From: an uncultured Actinomycetota bacterium
GTDB lineage: Bacteria > Actinomycetota > Actinomycetes > JAHEKZ01
DNA length: 64,000 bases
Assembly: GCA_963743915.1 (NCBI GenBank)
Contig: CAVURN010000001.1
Span: 736,001 to 800,000, forward strand
Direction of reading: 5' to 3'
Position numbers and translations under genes: made by a program. The notes beneath the pieces were generated by a model that searched no databases, was not told the DNA's origin, and saw only the letters and a list, made by a program, of their open reading frames with translations. Shown piece after piece: positions 38,469 to 51,097 of this stretch; the stretch's first letter is position 1; the number at the start of each line of letters is the position of its first letter.

Positions 38469-40673
38469 ATGATCTTCGAACGACTCGGACACCTGATGTA
38501 CCGCCGTCGGCGCTGGGTGCTCGCGCTCACCGGTCTCTTCCTCGTCGTCGGCGTGAGCTGGGGCACCGGTGTCTTCGGAGCCCTCGACGACGGGGGCTTC
38601 GAGGACCCCGCCGCGGAGTCGAGCCGGGCAGCCGCCACCATCGCGGACGAGTTCTCGGGCACCTCAGGCGACGTGGTGGTCGTCTACCGCAGTGACACGT
38701 TGACCGTGGACGACCCCGCCTTCGCCCAGCCGGTCTCGACGGCGCTGGACCGGTTGCCGGCGGCGGACGTGGAGTCCGTGACGTCGTACTGGTCGACCGG
38801 CCGTGGGCCCGCGTTCGTGTCGGACGACGGTCGCACGACGTTCGCCGTCCTGGCACTGGTCGGTGACACCGACGCCGAGCGTGAGGAGTCCTATCGCGCG
38901 ATCGCCGACGACCTGCAGGTCGACGGTGTCGAGACGCTCAGAGGCGGACAGGTGCCGACCTTCGTGGACATCAACACGCAGATCGAGGAGGACCTCGCCA
39001 CCGCCGAGATGCTCTCGTTCCCGCTGCTCCTGGTGCTGCTCGTGATCGTGTTCGGCAGTCTCGCGGCGGCGAGCCTTCCCCTCGCGGTCGGGGGCATCGC
39101 GATCCTCGGCGCGTTCACGGTCCTGAACGTCGCCACCCAGTTCGGCGACGTCAGTGTGTTCGCCATCAACATCGTGACGATGCTGGGCCTCGGCCTGGCC
39201 ATCGACTACGCGCTCTTCGTCGTCAGCAGGTTCCGGGAGGAGCTGCAGCACGGGCTGGGCGTGGAAGACGCGGTGGTGCGCACCATGGCCACTGCGGGGC
39301 GCACCGTGGCGTTCTCGGGGCTGACCGTCGCGGTGTCCCTCGGCGCGCTCCTGCTCTTCCCCATGAACTTCCTGCAGTCCATGGGGCTCGGCGGCATCGC
39401 GGCCGTCGTCGTGGCGATGGTCGCAGCGCTCACGACGCTGCCGGCGCTGCTCTCGGTCATGGGCCACCGGGTGGATGCGCTCCGGGTGCCGTGGCGCCGC
39501 GGACACGCGACGGTGTCAGACCCCGACTCCGGCGCATGGTCTCGAATCGCCCGGGTCGTGATGCGCCGCCCGGTCGTGGTGACGGCTCTCACCGTGACGG
39601 TCCTCGCGGTGCTGGGGGCGCCCTTCTTCCAGGTCGCGTTCGGCGGCGTCGACGCCCGCGTGCTGCCCGCCACTGCGGAGAGCCGCGTGGCGTCCGAGGT
39701 GCTGCAGCAGGAGTTCCCGAGCGCGGCCGCTGAGCCCGTGGACGTCCTGCTCACCGGTGTCGACGAGCGTGAGCTGTCGCAGGCGACCAATGCGTTGGCC
39801 GCGATCGACAACGTCTCGTCCGCAGACGTGACGGCGGTCGCCGGCGACGACGCGGTGGTCTCGCTGTCGTACTCGGGCCCACCCACGTCCGACGACGCCC
39901 AGCAGATCGTCACCGACGTGCGTGCTCTCGTCGGATCCGGTGTCGTTGCCGTCGCCGACGACGCGGAGGTGACGGGGGAGTCCGCCCGCCTGGTCGACCT
40001 GCTGGACGGGATCGGCGACCGCCTGCCGTGGGCCCTGGGGTACATCCTCGTCGTGACCTTCGTGCTGCTCTTCCTGGCGTTCGGATCGATCGTCCTGCCA
40101 CTCAAGGCGATCGCGATGAACGTGCTGTCGCTGTCGGCGACTTTCGGCGTCCTGGTGTGGGGGTTCCAGGAGGGAAACCTGGAGGGGCTGCTCGGATTCA
40201 CCTCCACCGGCACGCTCGAGGCGACCCAGCCGGTGCTGATGTTCGCGATGGCCTTCGGCCTCTCGATGGACTACGAGGTGTTCCTGCTCAGCCGCATCCG
40301 CGAGGAGTGGGACCGCACCGGGGACAACGAGCTGGCGATCAGCCGAGGTCTGCAGCGCACCGGCCGCATCATCACCAGCGCCGCGCTGCTCTTCGTGGTC
40401 GTCGTGGGCGCCTTCGCGACCAGCGGCATCAGCTTCATCCAGATGATCGGCGTCGGACTGGCGATCGCCGTCGTCATCGACGCCACGATCGTGCGGGCGC
40501 TCCTCGTTCCCGCCACGATGCGGCTCCTGGGTCGTGCGAACTGGTGGGCCCCCCGGCCGCTCGTCCGGGTCTGGGAGCGCTTCGGCGTCCGTGAGGGTGA
40601 CGACCGACCGGTCGTGCCCGCCCCGGTCGAGGTGCCGGACGCGGACCGGGAGCGCGCGTCGACCTTGGTCTGA
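38469..40673 (+). CDS. MMPL-family RND transporter
   Basis: [59 protein letters not shown]. Confidence 0.92.
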   Translation: MIFERLGHLMYRRRRWVLALTGLFLVVGVSWGTGVFGALDDGGFEDPAAESSRAAATIADEFSGTSGDVVVVYRSDTLTVDDPAFAQPVSTALDRLPAADVESVTSYWSTGRGPAFVSDDGRTTFAVLALVGDTDAEREESYRAIADDLQVDGVETLRGGQVPTFVDINTQIEEDLATAEMLSFPLLLVLLVIVFGSLAAASLPLAVGGIAILGAFTVLNVATQFGDVSVFAINIVTMLGLGLAIDYALFVVSRFREELQHGLGVEDAVVRTMATAGRTVAFSGLTVAVSLGALLLFPMNFLQSMGLGGIAAVVVAMVAALTTLPALLSVMGHRVDALRVPWRRGHATVSDPDSGAWSRIARVVMRRPVVVTALTVTVLAVLGAPFFQVAFGGVDARVLPATAESRVASEVLQQEFPSAAAEPVDVLLTGVDERELSQATNALAAIDNVSSADVTAVAGDDAVVSLSYSGPPTSDDAQQIVTDVRALVGSGVVAVADDAEVTGESARLVDLLDGIGDRLPWALGYILVVTFVLLFLAFGSIVLPLKAIAMNVLSLSATFGVLVWGFQEGNLEGLLGFTSTGTLEATQPVLMFAMAFGLSMDYEVFLLSRIREEWDRTGDNELAISRGLQRTGRIITSAALLFVVVVGAFATSGISFIQMIGVGLAIAVVIDATIVRALLVPATMRLLGRANWWAPRPLVRVWERFGVREGDDRPVVPAPVEVPDADRERASTLV

Positions 40674-40690
40674 CCTGCGACACTTCCCCC

Positions 40691-41884
40691 GTGCGCACCG
40701 TCACCCTGCTCGGTTCGACCGGCTCGATCGGCACCCAGGCGGTCGACGTGGTGGTGCGCAACCGGGACCGCTTTCGGGTGGTGGCCCTGGCGGCCGGAGG
40801 AGGTCGTCCTGAGCTGCTCGCCTCCCAGGCAGCGGCGCTCGACGTCGACGTCGTCGGCGTCGCGGACCCCTCGGCGGCGGACGAGGTGGGTGCGCTGCTG
40901 AGGGCAGCGGATGCACGCGCCCGTGTGGTCGTCGGCGAGGATGCCGCGACCCGGCTCGCCGAGACGCCCTGCGACGTGGTGGTCAACGGGCTCGACGGTG
41001 CTGTGGGTCTGCGACCGACCTTGGCGGCGTTGGCCGCCGGGAGGCGCCTGGCGCTGGCCAACAAGGAGTCGCTCATCATCGGCGGGCCGCTCGTCACCGA
41101 GGCAGCCGCTCCGGGTCAGATCGTGCCTGTCGACTCCGAGCACTCGGCCCTTGCGCAGTGCTTGCGCGGTGGCGCGCGGGCCGAGGTGCGGCGTCTCGTC
41201 CTCACGGCCAGCGGAGGACCGTTCCGCGGCCGGTCGCGAGCCGAGCTGGAGCGCGTGACGCCGCAAGAGGCCCTCGCGCACCCGACCTGGGACATGGGAC
41301 CGCTGGTCACCGTCAACTCGGCGACCCTCGTCAACAAGGGACTCGAGGTGATCGAGGCGCACCTGCTCTTCGACCTGCCGTTCGACCGGGTCGACGTGGT
41401 CGTGCACCCGCAGTCGGTCGTCCACTCGATGGTGGAGTTCGTCGACGGGTCGACGATGGCCCAGGCGAGCCCTCCGGACATGCGCCTGCCCATCGCCCTC
41501 GGCATGGCGTGGCCCGACCGCGTCCCGGACGCCGCACCGGGGCTGGACTGGAGCCAGGCCGCGTCGTGGGAGTTCCAGCCCCTGGACACGGACGCCTTCC
41601 CGGCGGTCGACCTGGCGCGTCGAGCGGGTGCGATGGGCGGGGCCGCACCGGCGGTCTTCAACGCGGCCAACGAGGCAGCGGTCGCCTCCTTCCTGGCCGG
41701 ACGCTCCTCGTTCCTCGCCATCGTGGACACCGTCGAGCAGGTCCTGGCCGAGCACCTCGGCGCGCGCGAGCCGGGGACGCAGGACACCGCGGCGTCGCTT
41801 ACCGTTGAGCACGTGCTCGGCGCCGACGCCTGGGCACGGCGCCGAGCCGGCGAGCTGATCGGGACGACGACGGAGGGACCATGA
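40691..41884 (+). CDS. dxr: 1-deoxy-D-xylulose-5-phosphate reductoisomerase
   Basis: [43 protein letters not shown]. Confidence 0.97.
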   Translation: MRTVTLLGSTGSIGTQAVDVVVRNRDRFRVVALAAGGGRPELLASQAAALDVDVVGVADPSAADEVGALLRAADARARVVVGEDAATRLAETPCDVVVNGLDGAVGLRPTLAALAAGRRLALANKESLIIGGPLVTEAAAPGQIVPVDSEHSALAQCLRGGARAEVRRLVLTASGGPFRGRSRAELERVTPQEALAHPTWDMGPLVTVNSATLVNKGLEVIEAHLLFDLPFDRVDVVVHPQSVVHSMVEFVDGSTMAQASPPDMRLPIALGMAWPDRVPDAAPGLDWSQAASWEFQPLDTDAFPAVDLARRAGAMGGAAPAVFNAANEAAVASFLAGRSSFLAIVDTVEQVLAEHLGAREPGTQDTAASLTVEHVLGADAWARRRAGELIGTTTEGP

Positions 41885-43176
41885 GCGGAGCGGGGCTGGT
41901 GGGACTCCTCGTCTTCGTCGTCGGCATCCTCGGCTCGATCGCCCTGCACGAGGTCGGTCACCTCGTCCCCGCCAAGAAGTTCGGCGTCCGGGTGACGCAG
42001 TACATGGTCGGGTTCGGCCCCACGATGTGGTCCCGGGTACGAGGCGAGACCGAGTACGGCGCGAAGTGGATCCCGCTTGGTGGCTACATCCGGATGGTGG
42101 GCATGTTCCCGCCGCGGATGAACCGCGAGGGTGACCTGGTGCTCGCCGCGTCGAGCACCGGTCCGTTCCAGTCGATGATCGAGGACGCCCGGCGGACGTC
42201 TGCGGAGGAGATCCAGGCGGGCGAGGAGCACCGGGCCTTCTACCAGCTGAGCGTCCCCAAGAAACTGGTCGTGATGCTCGGCGGGCCCACGATGAACCTG
42301 CTCATCGCGGCGGTCCTCTACGCGATCGCTCTCGCCGGTGTGGGGGTGCCGTCCCTCACGATGACGCTCGACGAAGTGGCCCCCTGCGTGCCGAGCACTC
42401 TCGAGTCCGAGTGCACCCCGTCCGACCCGGAGAGTCCCGCCGCCGCCGCTGGCCTCGAGCCCGGTGACGTCGTGGTGGCGCTGGACGGCGTCCGCTACGA
42501 GGACTGGACCGATCTCGTCGAGGTCGTCAGGGGGCAGGCGGGCGAGAACGTGGTGGTGACCGTCGAGCGGGACGGACAGCAGATCGATCTTCCGCTGACC
42601 GTCGGCAGCACGGAGGTGCCCGACCTCGACGACCCCTCCCGGACCGTGACCGCCGGGTACGTCGGGGTGGTTCCGTCGGTCGAGCAGCAGCGGTCCGAGC
42701 TGTCAGCCGTGCCTGAACAGATGTGGCAGTTCGTCACGCTCTCCACGAAGGCGGTGCTGTCCATCCCCTCCAAGATGGTGGGCGTCTGGCAGGCGGCGTT
42801 CAGCGACGAGGAGCGCGACCGGACCGGGCCGGTCAGTGTCGTGGGCGTCGGGCGGTTCAGCGTCACGGTCGCCGAGGACCAGTCCACCGTGGGCTGGAAG
42901 ACCGCGAACCTGCTGATGATCCTGGCCTCGCTCAACATGGCGTTGTTCCTGTTCAACCTGATCCCGCTCCTGCCCCTGGACGGCGGTCATGTCGCAGGCG
43001 CCCTCTACGAGGGAGCCCGACGTCAGATCGCCCGGATCCGCGGTCGGCCGGACCCGGGGCCGGTCGACGTCGCCCGAATGCTGCCGGTGGCCTACACCGT
43101 GGCGGTGGCGTTGATCGCGATGTCGGTGCTGCTCATCTACGCGGACATCGTCAACCCCATCCGCCTCACCGAGTGA
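41881..43176 (+). CDS. rip1: M50 site-2 protease with PDZ domain (RseP/Rip1)
   Basis: [22 protein letters not shown]; dxr-ispG synteny. Confidence 0.9.
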   Translation: MSGAGLVGLLVFVVGILGSIALHEVGHLVPAKKFGVRVTQYMVGFGPTMWSRVRGETEYGAKWIPLGGYIRMVGMFPPRMNREGDLVLAASSTGPFQSMIEDARRTSAEEIQAGEEHRAFYQLSVPKKLVVMLGGPTMNLLIAAVLYAIALAGVGVPSLTMTLDEVAPCVPSTLESECTPSDPESPAAAAGLEPGDVVVALDGVRYEDWTDLVEVVRGQAGENVVVTVERDGQQIDLPLTVGSTEVPDLDDPSRTVTAGYVGVVPSVEQQRSELSAVPEQMWQFVTLSTKAVLSIPSKMVGVWQAAFSDEERDRTGPVSVVGVGRFSVTVAEDQSTVGWKTANLLMILASLNMALFLFNLIPLLPLDGGHVAGALYEGARRQIARIRGRPDPGPVDVARMLPVAYTVAVALIAMSVLLIYADIVNPIRLTE

Positions 43177-43297
43177 CCCCTTCCGCTACGCCAGACCGCC
43201 ACGGTCACGCCGCAGGACGGGGCATCGTGGCGCCCCGGCGTTGATTTCGGGGCGGACGCCAGACGCGGCTTGCGCGCGGAGCGGCAATACTGGCCCC

Positions 43298-44482
43298 ATG
43301 AGCACAGGCTCCACCAGCATCGGGCTGGGCATCCCCGCGCCCCCTCCCCGGCCACTCGCCGAGCGTCGGCCGACCCGGCAGATCCTCCTGAACCACCCCA
43401 CGCATCCCGTTGCCGTGGGCAGTGAGGCGCCCGTCTCCGTCCAGTCGATGACCACGACCGTCACGGCGGATGTCAACGCCACCCTCCAGCAGATCGCCGA
43501 GCTCACCGCCTCCGGCTGCGAGGTGGTGCGGGTCGCCTGCCCCAGTCAGGACGACGCCGACGCCCTGGCGACGATCGCCCGCAAGTCGCAGATCCCGGTG
43601 ATCGCGGACATCCACTTCCAGCCGCGCTACGTCTTCGCCGCGATCGACGCAGGATGTGCGGGGGTGCGCGTCAACCCCGGCAACATCAAGCAGTTCGACG
43701 ACAGGGTGGGGGAGATCGCCAAGGCTGCCGGCGACGCCCGGGTGCCCATTCGGATCGGCGTGAACGCCGGATCGTTGGATCCGCGGCTGCTCGCCAAGCA
43801 CGGCAAGGCGACGCCGGAGGCGCTCGTCGAGTCGGCGCTGTGGGAGTGCTCGTTGTTCGAGGAGCACGGGTTCCGCGACATCAAGATCTCCGTCAAGCAC
43901 CACGATCCGGTGGTGATGGTCTCCGCCTACCGTCAGCTGGCGGAGCAGTGCGACTACCCGTTGCACCTCGGCGTCACCGAGGCGGGACCGGCGTTTCAGG
44001 GCACGGTGAAGTCCGCTGTCGCCTTCGGGGCCCTGCTCGCCGAGGGCATCGGGGACACGATTCGCGTCTCGCTGAGCGCACCGCCCGTCGAGGAGGTCAA
44101 GGTCGGCATCGCCATCCTCGAGTCGCTGGGGCTCCGGCAGCGCGGTCTCGAGATCGTCTCGTGCCCCAGCTGCGGACGCGCCCAGGTCGACGTCTACACG
44201 CTGGCCGAGCAGGTGACCGCGGGGCTCGAGGGGCTGAACGTGCCGCTGCGAGTGGCGGTCATGGGCTGCGTGGTCAACGGTCCCGGCGAGGCGCGCGAGG
44301 CAGACCTGGGCGTGGCGTCGGGCAACGGCAAGGGCCAGATCTTCGTGAAGGGCGAGGTCATCAAGACGGTGGCCGAGGCAGAGATCGTGGAGACCCTGAT
44401 CGAGGAGGCCCTGCGGCTCGCCGACGCGATGGGCGTCGACCCCGAGAGCGGCGAAGCCGCACCAGAGGTGGTCGTCGGATGA
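43298..44482 (+). CDS. ispG: HMB-PP synthase
   Basis: [42 protein letters not shown]. Confidence 0.97.
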   Translation: MSTGSTSIGLGIPAPPPRPLAERRPTRQILLNHPTHPVAVGSEAPVSVQSMTTTVTADVNATLQQIAELTASGCEVVRVACPSQDDADALATIARKSQIPVIADIHFQPRYVFAAIDAGCAGVRVNPGNIKQFDDRVGEIAKAAGDARVPIRIGVNAGSLDPRLLAKHGKATPEALVESALWECSLFEEHGFRDIKISVKHHDPVVMVSAYRQLAEQCDYPLHLGVTEAGPAFQGTVKSAVAFGALLAEGIGDTIRVSLSAPPVEEVKVGIAILESLGLRQRGLEIVSCPSCGRAQVDVYTLAEQVTAGLEGLNVPLRVAVMGCVVNGPGEAREADLGVASGNGKGQIFVKGEVIKTVAEAEIVETLIEEALRLADAMGVDPESGEAAPEVVVG

Positions 44483-44489
44483 GCAGCCG

Positions 44490-45365
44490 GTGACGACGCA
44501 GGCGGAGCAGACCGATCGCGGAGCCGCCGCGCCGTCCCTCCGCGTCCTCGGCGCCGGTGACCTTCCTGCGGCTCTGGACCACCTGTCCCGTGACCCCGTC
44601 GCGAACGTCTTCGTGATGTCGCGGATCGAGGCAGCGCTGCAGCAGCCATGGCGGCTCGGAGGCGAGCTGTGGGGATTCGGACGGGGACGCAGCTGGTCCG
44701 GGCTCTGCTACTCCGGTGCCAACCTGGTGCCCGACGCCGGGTCCGACGATTCCGCGCTGGCGGCGTTCGCCGACCGCGCCCGGCGGCGTGGTCGGCGCTG
44801 CTCGTCGATCGTCGGCCCGCGCCACCAGGTGCTGACCCTGTGGAGCGACCTGGTCGACGTGTGGGGTCCGGGGCGCGAGGTGCGCGACGACCAGCCCCTG
44901 ATGGCCATCGAACAAGACCCCCGGGTCGAGCCCGATCCTCTCGTCCGACCGGTGCGCGACGACGAGCTGGACGTGCTCCTGCCCGCGTGCATCGAGATGT
45001 TCACCGAGGAGGTGGGCGTCTCGCCGATCGGCGCCGGTGACGCAGCGCTGTACCGGGCGCGCGTCCGCGAGCTCGTGGTCGGCGGCCGCGCACTGGCCCG
45101 GATCGACAAGGGTCGGGTGGTCTTCAAGGCCGAGCTCGGCTCGGTCTCGTCGCGGGTGTGCCAGGTGCAGGGGGTCTGGGTGCACCCGGACCTGCGCGGT
45201 CAGGGACTCGCCGCGGCCGGGATGGCCACCGTCGTCGACCACGCCCGGCGGCGTTTCGTGCCCAGCGTGAGCCTCTACGTCAACGGGTACAACGTGCCCG
45301 CTCGACGCACCTACGAGCGCGTCGGGTTCGAGCGGGTCGGCACCTTCGCCACCGTGCTGTTCTAG
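44490..45365 (+). CDS. GNAT acetyltransferase (DUF4081-type)
   Basis: CSSIVG, MFTEEVGVSP, FKAELG, QVQGVWV, SLYVN; typical ispG neighbour. Confidence 0.85.
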   Translation: MTTQAEQTDRGAAAPSLRVLGAGDLPAALDHLSRDPVANVFVMSRIEAALQQPWRLGGELWGFGRGRSWSGLCYSGANLVPDAGSDDSALAAFADRARRRGRRCSSIVGPRHQVLTLWSDLVDVWGPGREVRDDQPLMAIEQDPRVEPDPLVRPVRDDELDVLLPACIEMFTEEVGVSPIGAGDAALYRARVRELVVGGRALARIDKGRVVFKAELGSVSSRVCQVQGVWVHPDLRGQGLAAAGMATVVDHARRRFVPSVSLYVNGYNVPARRTYERVGFERVGTFATVLF

Positions 45366-45420
45366 CTGGGCTGTTGCCTCGCATCGTCCAGTTCACTCGG
45401 TTGTCGACTGCGGGCGTAGC

Positions 45421-45909
45421 GTGCTCGGAGTGATGATCAGCCTTCGCGAGATAACAGACAGCAACACCGACGAGGTTCAGGCGCTCCGGACGCTACCGGC
45501 TCAAGGGCGGTTCGTGTCCTCGGTGGTCGACTCGCTGGCTGAGGCGGTCGAGGTCCCCCAGGCGAACCCATGGGCCAGGGCCGTATACGCCGACGAGCGG
45601 CCCGTCGGGTTCGTCATGTTGGCCTGGGACGTCGACCGTCAAGCTGCCGGCATCATCGGCCCGTGGTTTCTGTGGAAGTTGCTCATCGACCATCGTCACC
45701 AAGGCCTCGGATACGGCAGAGAGGTCGTGCGACAGGTCGCGGAAATCGTTCGAAGCCAAGGTGCTACGGAGCTGGTCACGAGCTACGGGCTGGGCGAGGG
45801 CAGTCCAGCAGGCTTCTACGAACTGCTCGGTTTCGTGCCAACGGGAGCCGTCCACGCGGACGAGGTCCTGGCGAGCCTGCCGCTGGATGGAGCAGCCGGA
45901 GAGCACTGA
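45421..45909 (+). CDS. GNAT acetyltransferase (spermidine/spermine acetyltransferase-like)
   Basis: ISLREIT, FVSSVVDSLAEA, PVGFVM, LLIDHRHQGLGYG, FYELLGF; start 45421 or 45433. Confidence 0.75.
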   Translation: MLGVMISLREITDSNTDEVQALRTLPAQGRFVSSVVDSLAEAVEVPQANPWARAVYADERPVGFVMLAWDVDRQAAGIIGPWFLWKLLIDHRHQGLGYGREVVRQVAEIVRSQGATELVTSYGLGEGSPAGFYELLGFVPTGAVHADEVLASLPLDGAAGEH

Positions 45910-45917
45910 TCAAGGGC

Positions 45918-46421
45918 TCAGCGCGCTGCGTAGCGGATCGTCGCGAAGGGCCAGTCGGCGGCGAGCCAGTCGCTGACCACGCGCCACAGGTGGGCATCGA
46001 GGTCGGCGTGGGTCGCCCGGACCCAGGAGCGGACTTCGGCGTCGACCTGGGGATCCTTGCTTGGGTAGATGTAGACGCAGCCGATGACGTCGTCGTCGGC
46101 GGTGCTGCGCACGGTGTAGGTGAAGCCAAGGCGACGGTCGAAGTGGTCGGCGTGCATCGCGAGGTCTCCCGCGTTCTCCGCCAGAGACATGGGATGCGGC
46201 CATGACGACTGCTCGAAGCCAGGTGTGGCCTGGATGTGCTCCATCGACGAGCTCCACGCGGCGTAGTCCGCGTCGTTGTGCTGCACACCCAGGGGCTCGA
46301 GCCACAGGCTCGTGGTCCGCGGCGGCGGGGGAGGGGTGAATGCGTCCGGGACGAAGGGTCGACCGTGCGCAGGACGCGGATCGGGGCGTTCGTCGATATC
46401 GGGTGTCTCACCATCGGCCAT
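45918..46421 (-). CDS. GNAT-fold N-acetyltransferase-like protein
   Basis: LEPLGVQHNDADYAAWSSS, GFTYTV, VIGCVYIYP, VRSWVRA, DWPF. Confidence 0.7.
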   Translation of the reverse strand: MADGETPDIDERPDPRPAHGRPFVPDAFTPPPPPRTTSLWLEPLGVQHNDADYAAWSSSMEHIQATPGFEQSSWPHPMSLAENAGDLAMHADHFDRRLGFTYTVRSTADDDVIGCVYIYPSKDPQVDAEVRSWVRATHADLDAHLWRVVSDWLAADWPFATIRYAAR

Positions 46422-46469
46422 GGATGGGAGAGTAGGGGCTCGCGCCCCTGATCTGTCGAGGAGTTTCCT

Positions 46470-48236
46470 GTGCTGCTGCGGATGTCGACGCTGTTCCTGC
46501 GCACGCTGCGTGAGGATCCGGCCGACGCAGAGGTGCCGAGCCACCGGTTGCTCGTGCGGGCCGGCTACGTGCGACGGGCAGCCCCCGGGATCTACTCGTG
46601 GCTGCCGCTGGGGTACCTGGTGCTGCGCAACATCGAGCGCATCGTCCGCGAGGAGATGGACGCCATCGGCGCCCAGGAGGTGCACTTCCCGGCCCTCCTG
46701 CCGCGTGAGCCCTACGAGGCCAGCAACCGCTGGACCGACTACGGCGACAACATCTTCCGGCTCAAGGACCGCAAGGAGGCCGACTACCTGCTGGGCCCCA
46801 CCCACGAGGAGATGTTCACCCTGCTGGTGAAGGACCTCTACTCGTCCTACAAGGACCTCCCGGTCTGGCTGTACCAGATCCAGACCAAGTACCGCGACGA
46901 GCCGCGTCCGCGCGCCGGGATCCTCCGGGGACGCGAGTTCGTGATGAAGGACTCGTACTCGTTCGACGTCACGGACGAGTCGTTCGCGCGCTCCTACCAG
47001 GCTCACCGCGACGCATACGTCCGCATCTTCGACCGCTTCGGGTTCGACTACGTCATCGTCGAGGCGATGACCGGAGCGATGGGAGGGTCGGCCAGCGAGG
47101 AGTTCCTCGCCACCGCCGAGAACGGCGAGGACACCTACGTCCGCTGCACGACGTGCGACTACGCGGCGAACGTCGAGGCCGTCCAGGTCCGTCCCACCGC
47201 GCCGATCCCGTTCGACGGCCTTCCCGCCGCACACGTCGAGGACACACCCGACACGCCCACGATCGACACGCTCGTCACGCACCTGAACGCCGCGTTCCCG
47301 CGCGGCGACCGTCCGTGGCAGGCCTCGGACACCCTCAAGAACGTCGTCGTCATGCTCGCGCACCCCGACGGTCGACGCGAGCCGCTCGCCATCGGCATCC
47401 CGGGTGATCGCGAGGTGGACGAGAAGCGGCTGCAGGCCCAGGTCGAGCCTGCTGAGCTGACGGCCTTCACCGAGGCGGACTTCGCGGCGAACCCCGCGCT
47501 GCGCAAGGGGTACATCGGGCCAGGTGCGTTGGGCCTCGAGAACGCGTCCGGCATCCGGTTCCTCGTCGACCCCCGCGTGGTCGACGGCACGGCGTGGGTC
47601 ACCGGTGCGGACGAGGACGGACGCCACGTGCTCGACCTCGTGGCCGGTCGCGACTTTGTCGCCGACGGGGTGATCGAGGCAGCCGAGGTGCGGGCCGGCG
47701 ACCTTTGCCCGCGCGACGGTGGAGCACTCGAGACCGCCCGCGGCATCGAGATGGGGCACATCTTCCAGCTCGGACGGCGGTTCGCCGAGGCGCTGGACCT
47801 CCGCGTCCTCGACGAGAACGGCAAGCTCGTCACCGTGACGATGGGCTCCTACGGCGTCGGCATCTCGCGGGCTGTGGCGGCCATCGTCGAGAACAGCCAC
47901 GACGACATCGGCATCATCTGGCCGCGCGAGGTGGCGCCGGCCGACGTCCACCTGGTCGCGACGGGCAAGGATCCGGCGGCGTTCGCCTTCGCGGAGCAGC
48001 TCGCTGCGGAGCTTCAGGATCAGGGCGTGCGGGTGCTGTACGACGACCGGACCGGTGTCTCGCCGGGCGTGAAGTTCAAGGACGCCGAGCTCCTGGGGAT
48101 GCCGACGATCGTGGTGGTCGGCAAGAACCTCGCCGACGGCGTGATCGAGGTGCGGGACCGCCGTTCCGGTACCCGGCGCGACGTGCCGGTGGCCGATGCC
48201 GCGAGCGCACTGCTCGCCGAGTGCGCAGCTGGGTGA
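46470..48236 (+). CDS. proS: Proline--tRNA ligase (with INS editing domain)
   Basis: [44 protein letters not shown]. Confidence 0.97.
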   Translation: MLLRMSTLFLRTLREDPADAEVPSHRLLVRAGYVRRAAPGIYSWLPLGYLVLRNIERIVREEMDAIGAQEVHFPALLPREPYEASNRWTDYGDNIFRLKDRKEADYLLGPTHEEMFTLLVKDLYSSYKDLPVWLYQIQTKYRDEPRPRAGILRGREFVMKDSYSFDVTDESFARSYQAHRDAYVRIFDRFGFDYVIVEAMTGAMGGSASEEFLATAENGEDTYVRCTTCDYAANVEAVQVRPTAPIPFDGLPAAHVEDTPDTPTIDTLVTHLNAAFPRGDRPWQASDTLKNVVVMLAHPDGRREPLAIGIPGDREVDEKRLQAQVEPAELTAFTEADFAANPALRKGYIGPGALGLENASGIRFLVDPRVVDGTAWVTGADEDGRHVLDLVAGRDFVADGVIEAAEVRAGDLCPRDGGALETARGIEMGHIFQLGRRFAEALDLRVLDENGKLVTVTMGSYGVGISRAVAAIVENSHDDIGIIWPREVAPADVHLVATGKDPAAFAFAEQLAAELQDQGVRVLYDDRTGVSPGVKFKDAELLGMPTIVVVGKNLADGVIEVRDRRSGTRRDVPVADAASALLAECAAG

Positions 48237-48281
48237 CACCAAAGCCCGCCGAGTGCGGTGCTGATGGACGTCCTGGGGCGC

Positions 48282-48327
48282 CGAGTGTGACGTCGGCAGG
48301 CAGTTTCGCCCGCCGACGTCACACTCG
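48282..48327. repeat. Intergenic palindrome (REP-like or terminator)
   Basis: cgagtgtgacgtcggc / gccgacgtcacactcg perfect 16-bp arms. Confidence 0.7.
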
Positions 48328-48388
48328 ACACCACAAACCGTCCCTCAGGGGAATGCTGGGCGTGCTCTCACGTCCCCGCGCCGTCGAG

Positions 48389-48447
48389 TGAAGCGATACT
48401 CACGCCTTTCGGCGTCCGGAGCCCGTGGAATGGTGAGTATCGTTTCA
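48389..48447. repeat. Second intergenic palindrome (REP-like)
   Basis: tgaagcgatactcac / gtgagtatcgtttca arms. Confidence 0.6.
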
Positions 48448-48539
48448 ATGGACAGCTGAGGCCGGCTGCGCAGGAAGCCGGGTGCGCAGGGCCCGACGCA
48501 GCGGAGTAGCAGCCAGCCACGCATGCGGCGGACTGTGTC

Positions 48540-48944
48540 TCAGGTGTCGAGGCCGGGCAGTGGTGCCACGCTGCCGTCCCAGGCCTGGGCGCGCACCGTG
48601 CTCTCGCGGAGCCACCCGGCTCCGGTGAGTCGGGTCCTGCGGTCGTCGGAACCGGCGAGGGCGACATAGGCCGGCCAGCAGGCTGCCTCCAGAGCCGCGG
48701 CCGTCTCAGCCGCGGCGTCGGGGTCGGCGGGCATGGCGATGTCATAGGCAGGGGCCGAGGCCTCCGGTACGCCGCCCAGTGCCACGACGGCGTCGATGCA
48801 CCACGTGCGGCGCTGTCGGTGCACGACCAGAGCCGACGCCGCCCCCTCGGCGAGGTCGTTCGTCGCCCCCACCAGCCCGTACCCATAGATCGCCGCGTGC
48901 TCGGCACCGAGCACCTGCTGCCACAGCGTGAGGTCGTCACTCAT
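48540..48944 (-). CDS. Ferritin-like protein (DUF4439)
   Basis: LGAEHAAIYGYG, HRQRR, PAY, LPGL; proS-rimP synteny. Confidence 0.8.
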   Translation of the reverse strand: MSDDLTLWQQVLGAEHAAIYGYGLVGATNDLAEGAASALVVHRQRRTWCIDAVVALGGVPEASAPAYDIAMPADPDAAAETAAALEAACWPAYVALAGSDDRRTRLTGAGWLRESTVRAQAWDGSVAPLPGLDT

Positions 48945-49414
48945 CGCGTGCCGCGGACCAGTGCAGCGAGGGCCGCGTCGGACGCGGCGAGTGAGGCGAG
49001 CAGCGGACTGATCGCCGGAGACGCCTGGCGCAGGGCGGCCGTGTGGCTGTCGACCGCGGCATCGGTCGCCTCGAGGAGGTCGACCAGGTCGGCGGGCCCC
49101 GCCGTCGACGGAGAGGAGGAAACGGAGGGAGACGGCGTCGACTCGCCGAGCGCCGTTCGCAGCACCTCCAGGTGGACTCCGACGACGCCGGTCGCCTCGA
49201 CTGTGACCGCCCGCTGGGGATCAGTGGGCAGAGCAGCCACGACGTCGCTCAGCTGCTCCTCCACGACCAGTGCGTTCTCCAGCGCCACGCGGTCCGGGTC
49301 CGGCGGTGGCGGCGACGTCTCCTCGGTGCACCCTGCGACGATCAGCAGCAGGCCGGCCGGCACCCCCGTCCCCGCCAGGCGCAGCAAGGCGCGGCGAGGG
49401 AGCGGAGTGGACAT
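48941..49414 (-). CDS. Hypothetical Tat-type lipoprotein
   Basis: PRRALLRLAG...VAGC; LLASLAASDA; ATGA overlap with the DUF4439 gene. Confidence 0.65.
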   Translation of the reverse strand: MSTPLPRRALLRLAGTGVPAGLLLIVAGCTEETSPPPPDPDRVALENALVVEEQLSDVVAALPTDPQRAVTVEATGVVGVHLEVLRTALGESTPSPSVSSSPSTAGPADLVDLLEATDAAVDSHTAALRQASPAISPLLASLAASDAALAALVRGTR

Positions 49415-49513
49415 GGTGGCCAGCATTCCACGCCGATCGGGCCGCTCAGTCGCGCGGGATAGGGTGATCGGACAACCAGGCACCACACAACAGGAGAAGT
49501 CGCGGAGGTCGCC

Positions 49514-50014
49514 ATGTCCGCTGTCGCCGACCGCGTCGAGCGCACGCTCATCCCGGTGGTCGCCGCCGAGGGGTTCGACCTCGAAGCCGTCGACGTCCAG
49601 CCGGCCGGACGCCGCCGGCTCGTGCGGGTGCTCGTCGACTGCGACGGTGGCGTGACGCTCGACCACATCGCGAAGCTCACACCCGTCCTGTCGCAGGCTC
49701 TCGACGACGCGGACGCCATGGGGGAGCAGCCCTACGTGCTCGAGGTCTCGTCGCCGGGCGTCGACCGCCCCCTCACCCTGCCGCGCCACTGGCGTCGCAA
49801 CGCAGGGCGTCTGGTCACCCTCACCCTGCACGAAGGCGCACCCGTCAGCGGCCGGATCGGCGACAGCGACGACCGTTCGGTGACGGTCCTGCCCACAGAT
49901 GCGTCGGGGGCGCCGATCACCCTGGCCTACGACGCCATCGCATCTGCCCACATCGAGGTGGAGTTCGGCCACCCGACGTCGACCGCGGTCGACGGCCCTG
50001 GGGATGACGTGTGA
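49514..50014 (+). CDS. rimP: Ribosome maturation factor RimP
   Basis: [14 protein letters not shown]; upstream of nusA. Confidence 0.95.
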   Translation: MSAVADRVERTLIPVVAAEGFDLEAVDVQPAGRRRLVRVLVDCDGGVTLDHIAKLTPVLSQALDDADAMGEQPYVLEVSSPGVDRPLTLPRHWRRNAGRLVTLTLHEGAPVSGRIGDSDDRSVTVLPTDASGAPITLAYDAIASAHIEVEFGHPTSTAVDGPGDDV

Positions 50015-51081
50015 TGGACATCGACATGAGTGCGCTGCGCTCCCTGGTCAACGAGCGCGAGATCCCGCTCGACGTGGTGGTCGAGGCCATCGAGCGCGCG
50101 CTCGAGACCGCCTACCACCACACGCCAGGCGCACACCCGCACGCGCGCGTCGCGCTGGACCGCACCAGTGGCCACGTCACCGTCTTCGCGGCCGAGACCG
50201 ACGATGAGGGCACCGTGCTGCGCGAGTGGGACGACACCCCCGAGGGGTTCGGGCGGGTGGCCGCGACCACGGCGCGTCAGGTGATCCTGCAGCGTCTGCG
50301 CGACGCCGAGGACGAAGCGACCTTCGGCGCGTGGTCGGGGCGTGAGGGCGACCTGGTGTCCGGAGTCATCCAGCAGGGGCCCGACCCGCAGACCGTGCTG
50401 GTGGACCTCGGGCCGCTCGAGGCTCAGCTGCCCGCGGCAGAGCAGGTGCCGGGGGAGACGTACGCGCACGGCGAACGGCTGCGCTGCTTCGTCGTCGGTG
50501 TCCGCAAGGGTGCGCGGGGGCCGATCGTCACGGTGTCGCGCACCCACCCCTCGTTGGTGAAGCGCCTCTTCGAGCTCGAGGTGCCGGAGATCGCCGACGG
50601 CTCGGTCGAGATCGCGGCCATCGCCCGCGAGGCCGGCCACCGCACCAAGATCGCGGTGCGTTCGCACCGGTCTGGGCTCGGGGCCAAGGGCGCCTGCATC
50701 GGCCCGATGGGCGCACGCGTGCGGGCCGTGATGGCCGACCTGCACGGCGAGAAGATCGACATCGTCGACTGGTCCGCCGACCCCGCCGAGTTCGTGGGCC
50801 ATGCACTGTCACCGGCGCGGGTCACCTCGGTCACCGTGGTCGACGCCGACACCAGGGCGGCCCGCGTGGTGGTCCCCGACTATCAGCTCTCCCTCGCCAT
50901 CGGTCGCGAGGGTCAGAACGCGCGGCTCGCCGCCCGGCTCACCGGCTGGCGCATCGACATCGTGCCGGACACCGCGTCGGACGAACCTGCGGACGGCGCG
51001 TCTGAGGGGACCGCGGACGCGGCGGCGGCAGACCCCCGGGGCGGGGCGTCGGCCGAGTCGTCGGCCGGGTCGACCCAGTGA
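50014..51081 (+). CDS. nusA: Transcription factor NusA
   Basis: [53 protein letters not shown]. Confidence 0.97.
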   Translation: MDIDMSALRSLVNEREIPLDVVVEAIERALETAYHHTPGAHPHARVALDRTSGHVTVFAAETDDEGTVLREWDDTPEGFGRVAATTARQVILQRLRDAEDEATFGAWSGREGDLVSGVIQQGPDPQTVLVDLGPLEAQLPAAEQVPGETYAHGERLRCFVVGVRKGARGPIVTVSRTHPSLVKRLFELEVPEIADGSVEIAAIAREAGHRTKIAVRSHRSGLGAKGACIGPMGARVRAVMADLHGEKIDIVDWSADPAEFVGHALSPARVTSVTVVDADTRAARVVVPDYQLSLAIGREGQNARLAARLTGWRIDIVPDTASDEPADGASEGTADAAAADPRGGASAESSAGSTQ

Positions 51082-51097
51082 CGCGGTAGACTGCTCC

